The translations under genes and the position numbers were made by a program. This document shows positions 1 through 10,349 of a stretch of 64,000 nt of DNA, one piece after another. The stretch's first letter is position 1; each line of letters begins with the position of its first letter. The notes under the pieces were generated by a model that worked only from the letters and a program-made list of their open reading frames with translations, was not told where the DNA came from and did no database searches. Source of the DNA: Candidatus Obscuribacteraceae bacterium (lineage in GTDB: Bacteria; Cyanobacteriota; Vampirovibrionia; Obscuribacterales; Obscuribacteraceae); NCBI GenBank assembly GCA_044226015.1, contig JBGAHS010000002.1, forward strand, positions 369,570 to 433,569. The letters run 5' to 3'.

Positions 1-1
1 C

Positions 2-616
2 CATATACCAGCCCGTGGTCATCATAATCACAGCAGCAATTACAACACCGATGGAAGCAAGAAGGTCCGAAACAACCTCAAGATAAGCCGCACGAGTGTT
101 CAGCGAATCTTTGTTATTTGCAGACAACAAACGAATTGACACAATGTTAATGCACATTCCAATGAAAGCAACGACTAGCATAATCATGCTCTGAATTTCC
201 GGCGGATGCGAGAATCGTTGAATAGCTTCAAGCAAGACAAAAATCGAAATAACAACGAGCAAAACTGAATTTGCAAGAGCCGCTAGAATTTCGCTGCGAT
301 GATATCCGTATGTTCGGGATGGACCCGCAGGACGACTAGACAACCAGAAGGCAAAATTGGCTAGACCTAGAGCAGCCACGTCTCCCAGCATATGCCCGGC
401 ATCGGCAAGCAACGCCAAACTACCGGTAAGAACACCAGTAACAGCCTCTACGATCATGAATGTTCCAGACAAACAAAGAACTGCTAGTAGTCGCTTGCGA
501 CCCATAGTGCGAACGTCACCGTGATGATGTCCATGTCCGTGACAAGGACCAGCCTTGCTATGACTGTCGTGATCGTGTTGTTCGTCGTGTTCGTGACTAC
601 CGTGTTCGTGTGTCAT
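2..616 (-). CDS. czcD: Cation diffusion facilitator (CzcD/ZitB-like Zn/Co/Cd efflux), runs off the window edge
   Basis: Translated by hand (not in the ORF track): His-rich N-terminus MTHEHGSHEHDEQHDH, then CDF motifs SLALLADAGHMLGD, TYGYHRSEILAAL and NTRAAYLEVVSDLL. Confidence 0.9.
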   Translation of the reverse strand, partial: MTHEHGSHEHDEQHDHDSHSKAGPCHGHGHHHGDVRTMGRKRLLAVLCLSGTFMIVEAVTGVLTGSLALLADAGHMLGDVAALGLANFAFWLSSRPAGPSRTYGYHRSEILAALANSVLLVVISIFVLLEAIQRFSHPPEIQSMIMLVVAFIGMCINIVSIRLLSANNKDSLNTRAAYLEVVSDLLASIGVVIAAVIMMTTGWYM

Positions 617-741
617 GCCGATGCGCTTTCATATTCCAACTATAAGGATATCAGAGCTTTCCTGATTTGATGAGTCAAGTTCAGAAATGCTTAGCTTTAG
701 GGCACTTGCACGAATGAAAACAGTTTTCGCTTCAAAAAGAA

Positions 742-769
742 ATGCCAGCAGTTTTTACACTGCTGGCAT
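742..769 (-). terminator. Hairpin downstream of 796..2532
   Basis: ATGCCAGCAG-loop-CTGCTGGCAT inverted repeat with an A-rich tract on its left (U-rich on the minus strand). Confidence 0.55.
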
Positions 770-795
770 GACATCAGCCCCCCGACTGATGAACT

Positions 796-2532
796 TTAGT
801 GGCGCATACTCAGCGCTTTCACAAGACTATCAACGCGGCTAATTGCAGCGTAAGCCCCAACAGCAGCAAGTTTTGCCGGAATAGGAATTGGGGCTTGTAA
901 GAGTAGTGGGGCGACAACTGTGTCACCGAGAGCATGGAATTCGTTTGGCTCTTCGCTGAGTCCCAAAGATTTGCTGATTGAATTATCGAGGCATTGCCCC
1001 GCCAAGCCAGCACCAAGTCCAATTGCCATTGTTTTGCCCGCACTGCGCAAAGAACTGAGGCAAAGCGCACGGGAATCAACACTATGAGACAGAAGTTCAG
1101 GATTTATCTTAGAGAATCCAGCAGTTGATTCAGCTGATGCCAGAGCTGGAAGCGGATGCGAACTCACTCCTACACTAAACTCCGGAGCCAAACTAACTGG
1201 AGGCTTTGCAGGTGTGATAGCAGCCTCTAGATTCGAAGCAGACTTCGCTAGATTTTTCGTCAGTGATTCCAGCTCCATTGAAATCATATTTCGTTTCTGA
1301 ACTTCAGCTTCAGCTTTGATTAGCTCAGCATGCGAGTCGGCAAATTTCGCGAGCGTCTTTGCCTCTGCTGATTCAGCATGAAAGAAATCGCCTGTATTTA
1401 GCTGGTGCTGAGCTGACGAAGGATCATGCAAGATTTTCTCGAGAAGATCTATGCGACCTCTATTGTGTGCCAGGTCAGCAGTGGTCATTTCGGGCAATCC
1501 ATTCAACGCTTTTACTTTGCCTTTAATTTCATTTTTCAAAGCAGTTTTACTTACGCTTCTTTCCACCAGATTATCGATGTTATTTTCCAACCTTCCGGTT
1601 CTCACATTTTGTTCCCATGTATGCTGTGAGAGGCGGTAATCATGCGCAAGCTTTGCCTCCTGAGAGCCAGCCAGAAAAATCTTCGAATTCTTTACTGAAT
1701 GGTCTGTGTTAAGAATCTCTTCCATGGTGCCAGTTCTAGCTCTGATATCAGCTGAGCGCAGCTTATCATTGAGACCCGTACTTACAAACTTCTTCTGTGC
1801 CTCCAGCACCTGCCTTGTTTCTGGTCCGTACAGGTAGGCTTCGTCAATCGCCTTGTATTGTTTCAGCATCGATTCGACACTGCCTCTGGCGTCACCAAGC
1901 CTGACATGGCTTTGTTCCAAGGCTCGACTTGCTTCGCTTTGAATTGCTCTGGCTTCTGAATGCAATTTTTCGAAAGCAGCATGATCGGCATTAGTAGCGA
2001 CAGATGCCTCCGGTCCAGCCAGCGCCGATTCAGGGTTTGTTTTATCTTTGTTATGAATAAACGAAAGCACGCGATCCATTGTTTCTTTTGGATTTGAACT
2101 CAATGTAGAACGCACACTGGCATCAAGAGCAGACGCTGCAGCTCCCTGGGGAACACCTGCTCGTACTTCCGCTTTAGCGAGCTTCACAGGAGCAATCGAT
2201 TCATCAGAAATGGCTGATTTTAAAGCATCAAACTTGGAGCTATATTGTGAATTCAGTTCCCGCTGATATCCAAGTAATCCGCCCGTTATGAAAGAATAGA
2301 CAAGCGGGGTTGCTAGAGGCGTGATGTTACCGTCAACCTTCTCACCACCAGCACGAAGCTTGGACCCTGGCACGCCTCCGCAATCTGATTGCGATCCACC
2401 ACCTGCAGTGGCATCATTGTAGAGAGTAGTTGCCGTCGTCACATCATGACCGGAGAGAAAAGGCGACTCACGAAAATGACCATCCGCTGAGTTGTTTGTA
2501 CAACCTGAATTGTTTTCATAGCCACTGAACAT
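796..2532 (-). CDS. Hypothetical protein, coiled-coil middle and hydrophobic C-terminal helices; paralog of 38986 and 40152
   Basis: 578-aa ORF with RBS-like GAGGGGG; shares GT.EE...IFLAGSQEA and the C-terminal AG..LD...D..VAP..L motifs with the two later ORFs. Confidence 0.75.
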   Translation of the reverse strand: MFSGYENNSGCTNNSADGHFRESPFLSGHDVTTATTLYNDATAGGGSQSDCGGVPGSKLRAGGEKVDGNITPLATPLVYSFITGGLLGYQRELNSQYSSKFDALKSAISDESIAPVKLAKAEVRAGVPQGAAASALDASVRSTLSSNPKETMDRVLSFIHNKDKTNPESALAGPEASVATNADHAAFEKLHSEARAIQSEASRALEQSHVRLGDARGSVESMLKQYKAIDEAYLYGPETRQVLEAQKKFVSTGLNDKLRSADIRARTGTMEEILNTDHSVKNSKIFLAGSQEAKLAHDYRLSQHTWEQNVRTGRLENNIDNLVERSVSKTALKNEIKGKVKALNGLPEMTTADLAHNRGRIDLLEKILHDPSSAQHQLNTGDFFHAESAEAKTLAKFADSHAELIKAEAEVQKRNMISMELESLTKNLAKSASNLEAAITPAKPPVSLAPEFSVGVSSHPLPALASAESTAGFSKINPELLSHSVDSRALCLSSLRSAGKTMAIGLGAGLAGQCLDNSISKSLGLSEEPNEFHALGDTVVAPLLLQAPIPIPAKLAAVGAYAAISRVDSLVKALSMRH

Positions 2533-3059
2533 AATGAACCCCCCTCGATATTGGCTTCAAGCGCCCTAGCAAGAAACCAACGTTATTTAACAAGAGATAA
2601 TCTAGAGATTAAACACGACGATCAAAATGCGTGCAGTTCACAACACACAGGTAAAAACACGAAGAAAGATTTAGCTGCCGAATGCCCAAAACGATTGGGA
2701 GACAATCACATTAAATGAGAAAGAGAAAAAAGTCCCCCAAACCAAATTTCCATAAAAAACCTGATTGAAATTTGAATTACGCCTGAAATGCCCAAGCTAA
2801 AGTTGTTTGGTTCGCTTCGAGCTGTCTAGCAGTCCCCAGAATCAATATCTAAATCGCTAAGCATCAGGAGTCCTTGTTCAACCTGCTGCGGAAGTCAAAA
2901 GTATCGTCCGGGCAGGAACGAAGATAACTGTGTAGAGAACAGATTCGCAAATTTACATGGTGTTTCGGATACATTTTTACTGGAGTTCAACAACTTTCGA
3001 GGGCAAAAGTTTTGAGCTAATATCAGTGTGGAACATTAATGGCCTGATGGAGGTCCCGA

Positions 3060-4322
3060 ATGCGTTTTCCTGAGAGAGTCCTTGTTCTTTCGTTTGCTTT
3101 GAGTGTTCTCGCCGGCGTCACTTCCGTAGAATCTGCCAAGGCGCAGATGACAGCATTGCCGGGAGTTCTCGAGGGCGACCAACTAAGGAAAGTGAACGAG
3201 ATATACGGTGAGGTCAACAGTTCGGCGCCTGGGCAGGGTGGCAAACTCGTTCCTGCATTGCTTGAATCTCTCAGCTCAATTGACCAGCGAGGTCTATACC
3301 AGGCTTACACCCAACTACACGATTTGTTAAAAGATCCATCTGTAATCGAAGCACTAGTGCAAGAGCTAAAAACCAACAAGGCTGAGCTAGCTTCCAATCT
3401 TCTGGCACACAACCGCATGTACGGCGGGAATCAAATTGAGTTCAATAATGCAGAAACGACCGAACTGATTTTGGCTCTCAAGTCAGCCAACGCTGTTGTC
3501 CGAAAAAATGTTGTGCAGATGCTGGCTGGCATTCAGCCTCCAAACAACGACACTTCTGTGCAGACCGCTCTCATAGACGTGTTACTCAAAGACCCCGTGC
3601 CCAGCGTCAGGACAGCCGCGGCAAGTTCGCTTTCAACAATTGCTAGAGAAGTTTATTTCAAGAACGCACAACCTATTGCCGCGGCGTATTCAAAAGCAAT
3701 TCAGGAAGACCAATCAGTGCAAGTGCGGGTTTCAGCCGCAGCGGCCCTTTCGCAGATGGGAGGCAAAGCGGCATCAGAGTCTACAGTAATTTGTAGATGC
3801 CTGACCGACAATTCATCACAGGTACGAAACTCAGCATTGCAAGCGATCACAAATATCGGCGCCGCATGCAAAGCTGCAGAGCCAGAACTTTTGGACATGT
3901 GGAACGCGCCTGCTGACCAGAACGGATATTATTCACAATCAAAAGATCGCATTTTGATGGCTTTAGTTGCAATTGGCACCACACCTGAAAAGATTGCGCC
4001 ACTCATCGCTTCCCAACTCAAAGAACACAATACAGTAAATGGAACGATCCACGTTTTGCAGAAGATGGGAAATGATGCCATCCTCGTACTACCCGATTTG
4101 ATGAAGGTACTAGATTCACCTTACGCATATGATAGAGAAGAAGCAGCACGACTTATTGGTCAATTAGGTCCATTAGCAAAAGCAGCAATTCCTGCTCTCA
4201 AGAAGTGCTCTTCCGACTCCCGCAGTATAAGAGGATATGGCTCCGCTGAAAGAGCACAGGCAGCAGCAAAGGAAGCGATTCAAAGCATCGAAATGCATCC
4301 AACCGCTGACTCCGAAGGATGA
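3060..4322 (+). CDS. Secreted HEAT/PBS-lyase repeat protein
   Basis: Signal peptide (AKA cleavage); repeats VRTAAASSL, VRVSAAAAL, VRNSALQAI, REEAARLIG; GGAGG RBS. Confidence 0.85.
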   Translation: MRFPERVLVLSFALSVLAGVTSVESAKAQMTALPGVLEGDQLRKVNEIYGEVNSSAPGQGGKLVPALLESLSSIDQRGLYQAYTQLHDLLKDPSVIEALVQELKTNKAELASNLLAHNRMYGGNQIEFNNAETTELILALKSANAVVRKNVVQMLAGIQPPNNDTSVQTALIDVLLKDPVPSVRTAAASSLSTIAREVYFKNAQPIAAAYSKAIQEDQSVQVRVSAAAALSQMGGKAASESTVICRCLTDNSSQVRNSALQAITNIGAACKAAEPELLDMWNAPADQNGYYSQSKDRILMALVAIGTTPEKIAPLIASQLKEHNTVNGTIHVLQKMGNDAILVLPDLMKVLDSPYAYDREEAARLIGQLGPLAKAAIPALKKCSSDSRSIRGYGSAERAQAAAKEAIQSIEMHPTADSEG

Positions 4323-4380
4323 ACGCGAAGATACATGTAAGCGAACGAAACGGATCTGAAAAGAAAACAAAAAGTCAAAC

Positions 4381-4566
4381 CAATCCGATTCATCAGCGCC
4401 GATCCGCTCCGTTCCGTTCAACTCCAATCCGCTCCAATCCGCTCCGATTCATCAGCGCCGATCTGCTCAACACCAATCAGCTCCGATTCATCAACTCCGA
4501 TTCATCAACTCCCCTCCGCTCAACTCCAATCAGCTCCAATCTGGTCAGCTCCGCTCCAATCCGACC
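4381..4566. repeat. Degenerate pentamer-based microsatellite (CTCCG/CTCCA/ATCAG/ATTC)
   Basis: Visible 5-bp periodicity, with duplicated CCGATTCATCAGCGCCGATC. Confidence 0.75.
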
Positions 4567-4626
4567 AAAACAAATCAAATCAACCAATCAAATAAAGGAA
4601 CACAATTAGCACTCATCGGTGACATC

Positions 4627-6291
4627 ATGCCCTGGCCAACACCTCAAGATTATAATGAAGCACTGCAAGACCCCACGTCTTGTTTCTTTGATGAGGAACT
4701 CATGAACGCCGAGGTACGTTGTGATCGGTTTGGCATGCCGCGCCCGGAGTCAGGAAATTTCGCATCTGTATATAAACTGCAAAATGGGAATGAGTCCTGG
4801 GCCATTCGCTGCTTCCTTTATCAAATTGCGAATCGTGAGTTTCGCTATCAAGCTATTTCAGATTACCTGAATGAAAACAAAATGCCGTTTTTTCTGCCTT
4901 TTGTTTATGTTCCTGATGGTATCAAATGCGGCACCAGCACTTTCCCCATAATCAAGATGAAATATCTTGATGCACATACGTTCAGCCATTATGTATCGCT
5001 CGTTGCAATGCGAAGAGACCAGATGGATTCCCTGCTCTCACAGATCGAACAAATCTCCCAGCAACTTCAGGAGTTAAAAATAGCGCACGGTGATTTGCAG
5101 CATGACAATATACTCGTCGCGGACGGAAGAATATACCTGGTAGATTATGATGCAATGTTCGTGCCAACCCTGACGGGTTCTACCGCAAATGAACTCGGTC
5201 ATCAGAGTTATCAACACCCCTCAAAATCCCCCAGACATTTCAATGAAAACACAGACAATTTTTCTTTCTGGGTGATCAAAAACAGTCTAGAGATAATAAA
5301 GGAAATACCCGACATTTTAGAATGGCCGCACAAAGTATCTGATGGACTTTTATTCTCTTCGGAAGACTTAAAGGCTCCCCAGAAATCTCGGCTCTTTCAC
5401 TTTCTGGAGAAGCACGATAATAACACTGTCCGCAAATGCGCACGCCAGATCCGTTCAGCATTGAATGCTTCACCTCAAGAAACACCCGCCCTCTCCGATA
5501 CTCTATCTATGGAAGCTTTGCTAGAACTTTGCCCTGACCTTCCCGAACTTAGTTTCATAGACGAGAACAAGCTCAAGCACGAAACGCCTGATGCTTTGCG
5601 TGCTCTTGCTACTCAACCCAGGAATTTCTTTGTGGCACCACTTGCGTCAAGCTCTAGCACACAACTCTCATTTGGGCTCAGAACCAAACACAAATGGCCT
5701 GAAATTTTCAATCACGAAACCGATTTTGGCTATGAGCGGCTACACCAACTCATTGAAAAGAAAACGCCGATTGATGGCGAGATTCCATTCTTACCACCAC
5801 TACTACACGCCTTGCTGGAAGAACACGGCATAGTCTTGATTGTATTTCTAATCACGACTTATGTAGCCTGCTTCTTGGTTCAGGGATTAGCTACAGTAGT
5901 GCTCATGCTGACACTGCTTGCAATATCAATGATATTCGCACCAAAGGTGGTGAACAAGTACTTAAAGGACAAAGACACTGTCAAACGAAGTCCCCGAGGA
6001 AGGTTTCTCACCCGAGTTTCAAATATTCTTCTGGATGGGCGCTGCACAATCGTAGAGTTCGAGCTTGAGGGTCCAGCATATGCCCGAAGAATAATTTTCA
6101 AGGCAGGCGTACCTTCGCATCTGCACGAGCGTGTTCACACCATAAAGCACTCAAATTACGATGTGTCAGAACAACAGAGCAAGATTGAATCCAAAAAGAC
6201 AAAAATCGGAATGCTCTATTTCGACCAGGGACACACTGATTTGCCAATCGCATTGTGTGCGGAAGGGAATGTTCTTTTCTGGTTCATTTGA
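4627..6291 (+). CDS. Ser/Thr protein kinase-like protein with C-terminal transmembrane segment
   Basis: SGNFASVY, WAIRCF, HGDLQHDNIL, LVDYDAMF, ELGHQSYQHP; hydrophobic stretch at about aa 400-440. Confidence 0.85.
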   Translation: MPWPTPQDYNEALQDPTSCFFDEELMNAEVRCDRFGMPRPESGNFASVYKLQNGNESWAIRCFLYQIANREFRYQAISDYLNENKMPFFLPFVYVPDGIKCGTSTFPIIKMKYLDAHTFSHYVSLVAMRRDQMDSLLSQIEQISQQLQELKIAHGDLQHDNILVADGRIYLVDYDAMFVPTLTGSTANELGHQSYQHPSKSPRHFNENTDNFSFWVIKNSLEIIKEIPDILEWPHKVSDGLLFSSEDLKAPQKSRLFHFLEKHDNNTVRKCARQIRSALNASPQETPALSDTLSMEALLELCPDLPELSFIDENKLKHETPDALRALATQPRNFFVAPLASSSSTQLSFGLRTKHKWPEIFNHETDFGYERLHQLIEKKTPIDGEIPFLPPLLHALLEEHGIVLIVFLITTYVACFLVQGLATVVLMLTLLAISMIFAPKVVNKYLKDKDTVKRSPRGRFLTRVSNILLDGRCTIVEFELEGPAYARRIIFKAGVPSHLHERVHTIKHSNYDVSEQQSKIESKKTKIGMLYFDQGHTDLPIALCAEGNVLFWFI

Positions 6292-6308
6292 GCAGTTACT
6301 TTGAATGC

Positions 6309-7163
6309 TCAAATTCCCTGGATTCGTTTTTCAGGATTCAATTTGCTCCAGCGATCATCCACCTTTTCAAATTTATTGAACAACAAGGTACTGGAAATCG
6401 AATTTACACCGGTGCCTCGAAAGTTGCTTTCACCAAGCGGGTCGAGATAGCCACCGAAGGTACTGGAAACAACAGTAATCGAAACCTTTCGCGCCAATCT
6501 CGAAACTGTATCTTCGCCAAAATCAGGAATACTATTTTCAAGCGACGCGGATGTACCAGTCATAGTGGCATAGGTTGCAGCCGCCTTGCTTCCCTGCTCA
6601 AGCCGTTTTGACCAGAGCGACTCGCCTGGCTTGAGTTCGGTGGGAGTCAAGAATGAACCAACTATAAAACCGGCACTTGCTTGCTCATAAATAACGCGAT
6701 GAAGCGGCGATAACCCTTCGCTCAAAACTAGATTTCCAACTCCACGCGTGAGTACCACAGCTCCAACCAGAGGAACTAAGGCGCCGACAACCTGAGCAGT
6801 TTTTTGCCCTTTATCATTTACTTGTTGAGCTTTGTAGGATACATCCAAACCAAGGGCTTGTTGCACTGCAGCACACGGAGCAGTGAGAATGCTCTCTTTC
6901 AGCCCCGCAAGAATAGCTTCTGAACTTGTAGAAGAATTGTCCTTCAACAAAAGATGTGAAATTTGCAGTGGAGGCAAATGACAAGCCTGCTTAGACTTCT
7001 CAGCAGATACACATTCGACGTCAACTTTTAGAGCGCCTGCAACTTGCATGCAGTCATTGCTCAAGAGTGCGTTAGCTTCTTCGACAAATTTATTGCTCAC
7101 AGAGCTTTCGGCAGACAAAACTGTCCGCTCATTTGCCTTGAAAATTGAGGAATTTTCTCCCAC
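6309..7163 (-). CDS. Hypothetical protein with Gly/Ala-rich hydrophobic helices
   Basis: 284-aa ORF; segments AQVVGALVPLVGAVVLTRGVG and AGFIVGSFLTP. Confidence 0.7.
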   Translation of the reverse strand: MGENSSIFKANERTVLSAESSVSNKFVEEANALLSNDCMQVAGALKVDVECVSAEKSKQACHLPPLQISHLLLKDNSSTSSEAILAGLKESILTAPCAAVQQALGLDVSYKAQQVNDKGQKTAQVVGALVPLVGAVVLTRGVGNLVLSEGLSPLHRVIYEQASAGFIVGSFLTPTELKPGESLWSKRLEQGSKAAATYATMTGTSASLENSIPDFGEDTVSRLARKVSITVVSSTFGGYLDPLGESNFRGTGVNSISSTLLFNKFEKVDDRWSKLNPEKRIQGI

Positions 7164-7237
7164 GCCTAGTAACCCAAACTCTACCCTTGCTTAGATCTTA
7201 GGCTTTATGTGCGTTCTCTCATATGGGAGAAACGCGT

Positions 7238-7259
7238 ACTGGACCGGTACCGGTCCAGT
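7238..7259. repeat. REP-like palindrome, copy 1 (ACTGGACCGGTACCGGTCCAGT)
   Basis: Perfect 22-bp palindrome centred on GGTACC, followed by CAGATTTTCC, which also flanks other copies. Confidence 0.7.
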
Positions 7260-7292
7260 TCTCATTTTCAGCACAGATTTTCCTGCAAGCAA

Positions 7293-7318
7293 AGAAAAGG
7301 CATCTCCGAAGAGATGCC
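7293..7318 (-). terminator. Intrinsic terminator after the sigma/partner pair
   Basis: GGCATCTC-CGAA-GAGATGCC hairpin with adjacent A-tract (U-tract on minus). Confidence 0.7.
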
Positions 7319-7405
7319 CCTCAAGCAACATAACATTTGTGGAACGAGCGAATCGTAATGTATGGCGCGCCTTCCTCCTACAGAAAGCTGCGGGTTCGCT
7401 AGTTT

Positions 7406-8083
7406 TTAGAGTACAAAGTAAGGAGTTTGAGCTACTTTGTCTCCGACGAGTATCTCAATCTGATACTGTCCTGGACCGACTTTGATATTCGGTGCCACCA
7501 CAGAACCATCCTGGTTTGTTTTCTTCGAGAAGATAACACCACGATCTTGTTCTTTTACACGGAGTTCAACGTCAGAAAGCGCTTCGCCTTTAACGTCTTT
7601 TGCGTTCAAGAGAATTCTGAACTGGTCCTGGTCAACCATCCATCCAAGATTAACTTGAATGTTGGCACCAGACAAATCTTGCTGGAAAGTGCCGAGCGAC
7701 ACCAGACGCGAACCAACTCCGCGAAGAGCGCCAGCAGGAACCATTTGCTGCCATGCCATTGTAGCTAGCATATCTTGCCAGGTCTGAACAGCAGCATCGC
7801 GTCCAGCTCCAACAAAATCGCGCAACTTCAAGACAGCACTTGCGACAGGGTCTGCAACTTCGCCAAGCATCTTTAAAGTGATGCGACTAAGTATGCTCTC
7901 GTCCTTGTCAGAAAGCGTGATGTATTCGGAAGCCTTCCACATGGCGCGGTCAAATGCCGTGTCCTCGCCTGGTAGAGGCAAGCTATCTCCATGACGTTTG
8001 AAAAAATCTTGAACGTCATTAGCAATAGCCCCTTCGTCGTTGCCTTCGAGAATCTTTTTGAGTTCTTCAGTAGGGGTTTTCAT
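7406..8083 (-). CDS. Putative anti-sigma/partner protein, DUF1822 (PatU3)-like C-terminal beta domain
   Basis: Starts 9 nt after the sigma-like gene; C-terminus WQQMVPAGALRG...VGPGQYQIEILVGDKVAQTPYFVL resembles the DUF1822 ending (PGE.F.I.V.LG....E.FVI) from recall. Confidence 0.55.
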   Translation of the reverse strand: MKTPTEELKKILEGNDEGAIANDVQDFFKRHGDSLPLPGEDTAFDRAMWKASEYITLSDKDESILSRITLKMLGEVADPVASAVLKLRDFVGAGRDAAVQTWQDMLATMAWQQMVPAGALRGVGSRLVSLGTFQQDLSGANIQVNLGWMVDQDQFRILLNAKDVKGEALSDVELRVKEQDRGVIFSKKTNQDGSVVAPNIKVGPGQYQIEILVGDKVAQTPYFVL

Positions 8084-8092
8084 GATCTGCTC

Positions 8093-8833
8093 CTAGATGC
8101 ACGATTGATCTCGTTCCATTCGTTCTTTAAATGCCCGCAGAGTTCGAACGATTTTCTTATCGACTGTATCTATACTCTTCGCGTCCATTTTTAGACACGA
8201 AATCAGATCTTCTCTTTTATATCCTTGCACATACTTCAAAAGGAAGCAGGTGCGGTGGATTCCGGGCGGAAGTTCATTCAAAATCTGCTCAATCAGGTCG
8301 TTTAAAAGGGCCTTACTTGCCGGGTCGCCATCTTCACGGCTGCCACCCATGCCATACTCCCAGCCAAAAACGTCTTCAGCACTGCGTCCGTCGTCTTCAT
8401 CAAACAATGAATCAAGCGAAGTCGTGCGCCACTGGCTGCTCGGAGACTCATCTTCTACAAAAGTCTTCCCTGGGGCAAGAGTATTAACCTTAACCGACTG
8501 CCCCTCAAAGCTAGCTTCCTGGCTGTGCAAGGTTTCCGACCGGCTTTTGCTCGCCTGAGGTGCGTCACTTCGTTTTCGAAGCACTACCTTATGATATCGC
8601 TCGAGGTTCTGCGCTATTGCTTTGTTGCACGCGCCGAGGCAGTACAGTGCCAGCTTCGCATCGGGATGGCTAGGGTCAAAGTGCTTAATCACAAGCACCA
8701 TAGCGGTTTGCAAAATATCTTCAATGTCTTCATCGGTGGCAAGCCGCGCCCGCGAACGAATATAACGCATCATGCGCTGAGGGGTGAAATCCATGTCCCC
8801 CTTCAGGAATTTGCGCGCTTCGCGATCATTCAT
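8093..8833 (-). CDS. Sigma-70 family (ECF-like/HetZ-like) sigma factor
   Basis: Region 2-like EDIEDILQTAM...HFDPS; TSLDSL; region 4 HTH-like ELPPGIHRTCFLLKYVQGYKREDLISCL. Confidence 0.7.
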   Translation of the reverse strand: MNDREARKFLKGDMDFTPQRMMRYIRSRARLATDEDIEDILQTAMVLVIKHFDPSHPDAKLALYCLGACNKAIAQNLERYHKVVLRKRSDAPQASKSRSETLHSQEASFEGQSVKVNTLAPGKTFVEDESPSSQWRTTSLDSLFDEDDGRSAEDVFGWEYGMGGSREDGDPASKALLNDLIEQILNELPPGIHRTCFLLKYVQGYKREDLISCLKMDAKSIDTVDKKIVRTLRAFKERMERDQSCI

Positions 8834-9022
8834 ACGTTAATTGGCTTCCCCGAACCGGACACACCGGCAATGCCTTTGAAAGTCTTCCCTGTTTGCCAGC
8901 AAGCCCTGCTGAATATACACAAGAATGGCTCTTTTTGGAATTTACCCGGCGACTCAGGCTTCCATACGCCTCAATCGCGTTCATATTAACAAATCAACAG
9001 GGTCGCTGTCGCGCAGATAGCC

Positions 9023-9952
9023 TTATTTGAAGTCATGAGAAAGGCGGAACTGACTTACCGTGCTGGGGCTAATCTTCAATTCGGCGCCTAAAGCCTTTTG
9101 AGCCGCCTCTTTCCGGATGCTCGCCAGCGCCACCGCCGCCTGTAGATCATTTGTGTCAAAACGCAACCAGTTTCCACCATTTCCCAGATATTCGGACACG
9201 ATGCCTATTTTCCTGGTTTCATCGTAAAGTCTGGGAGTGCCAATAAGCCTGCTTAGCGTATTCACAGCCCTTGCCGAGAAGGCATTAACGTTGCCATGTT
9301 CAATCAAAAGGTCAGCCAGATGCGGGTCTTGAAGTTGCTTCAAAGTGAAAGGACCACCCAGCCTGTCATAGCTGAGAATAGCTTCGCTCAAACGAGTCGG
9401 AGTAAGATTCTCGCCAGTGGTACGCTGCAGTTCCCGCAGAACCTCGACGGTATTTGCCTTTCGAACATCGACACCATGTAACTGAGCGTGGGCGCGACCG
9501 AAATTATCCAGAATGGCAGCCGCTTCATTGGCTTCACCACCTGTAAGGGTCTTCACAGACTGAATCGCTCGAAGATGCTCTTGTTCGAGCGGTCCCAGCT
9601 GCGACAATGATTTTGGTGCTAGTCCAAGCTCTTCAGCACTCAATTTTGGAAGCTCAGGCTTAAAGCGAAATGAACTTGCCGTCTGTGCTTCTGCCGAACC
9701 GGCAAGCGACTTTTCGCCAATTCCGGCAGTTACAGCGCTTATCTCTCCAACTCGACCACGTCGCAAACCGAAAGCCACAGCAGCCGCAGTGCCAAGCGCG
9801 CCAACAACGGCAGTTGCTGCAAAAGCTTCGGAATGGTTAGACAGCATATTCCAAGCTTGCTCAGACAAACTGGGCGACGCCTTCTCACCCGGCGAGAGCT
9901 TATCGCTAAGCAAGCCAGGAGAGTCAGTCAATTTGAGATTCATTCTGTCCAT
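9023..9952 (-). CDS. Hypothetical protein with one N-proximal TM helix
   Basis: ORF 9023..10132; likely start ATG 9952; TM AFAATAVVGALGTAAAVAFGL followed by RRGR. Confidence 0.65.
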   Translation of the reverse strand: MDRMNLKLTDSPGLLSDKLSPGEKASPSLSEQAWNMLSNHSEAFAATAVVGALGTAAAVAFGLRRGRVGEISAVTAGIGEKSLAGSAEAQTASSFRFKPELPKLSAEELGLAPKSLSQLGPLEQEHLRAIQSVKTLTGGEANEAAAILDNFGRAHAQLHGVDVRKANTVEVLRELQRTTGENLTPTRLSEAILSYDRLGGPFTLKQLQDPHLADLLIEHGNVNAFSARAVNTLSRLIGTPRLYDETRKIGIVSEYLGNGGNWLRFDTNDLQAAVALASIRKEAAQKALGAELKISPSTVSQFRLSHDFK

Positions 9953-10349
9953 TAGAAACCAGAAGCTGCCTGAGCAGATTATGCTTTCACTGGTCGACAA
10001 AGTAACTAGATAGACATACATATACAATGTAAAGAAGCTGCTTATGAATGCACCAAAATGTATGGGCCAAATTTCCTGGAAAACTGGTCTCAGCAAGGCT
10101 GTCAAGAACCGGGCGTGTTTGCGATAATCCAACCTGAACGGCTATGAGCGGCTGCTGCAGAAGAGTCAAGGTTTTTGCTCCAATAATTCATCGAATTTGC
10201 CTGAACTTCTATAAAGCTTAAACCTCCGATGGAAAGCCGATCTAGCTCAGACATCTCGGTAGAATTGCATAGTTAAATTGACAGGACGGGTCGCTCGACA
10301 CGTTCCTATTTGTCAACATAGGTATCACGGTGCAGGAGACTCCTCTCGA

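Noticed and set aside
4319..4609. 96-aa ORF between the HEAT gene and the kinase
   Set aside because: Translation of a pentamer microsatellite
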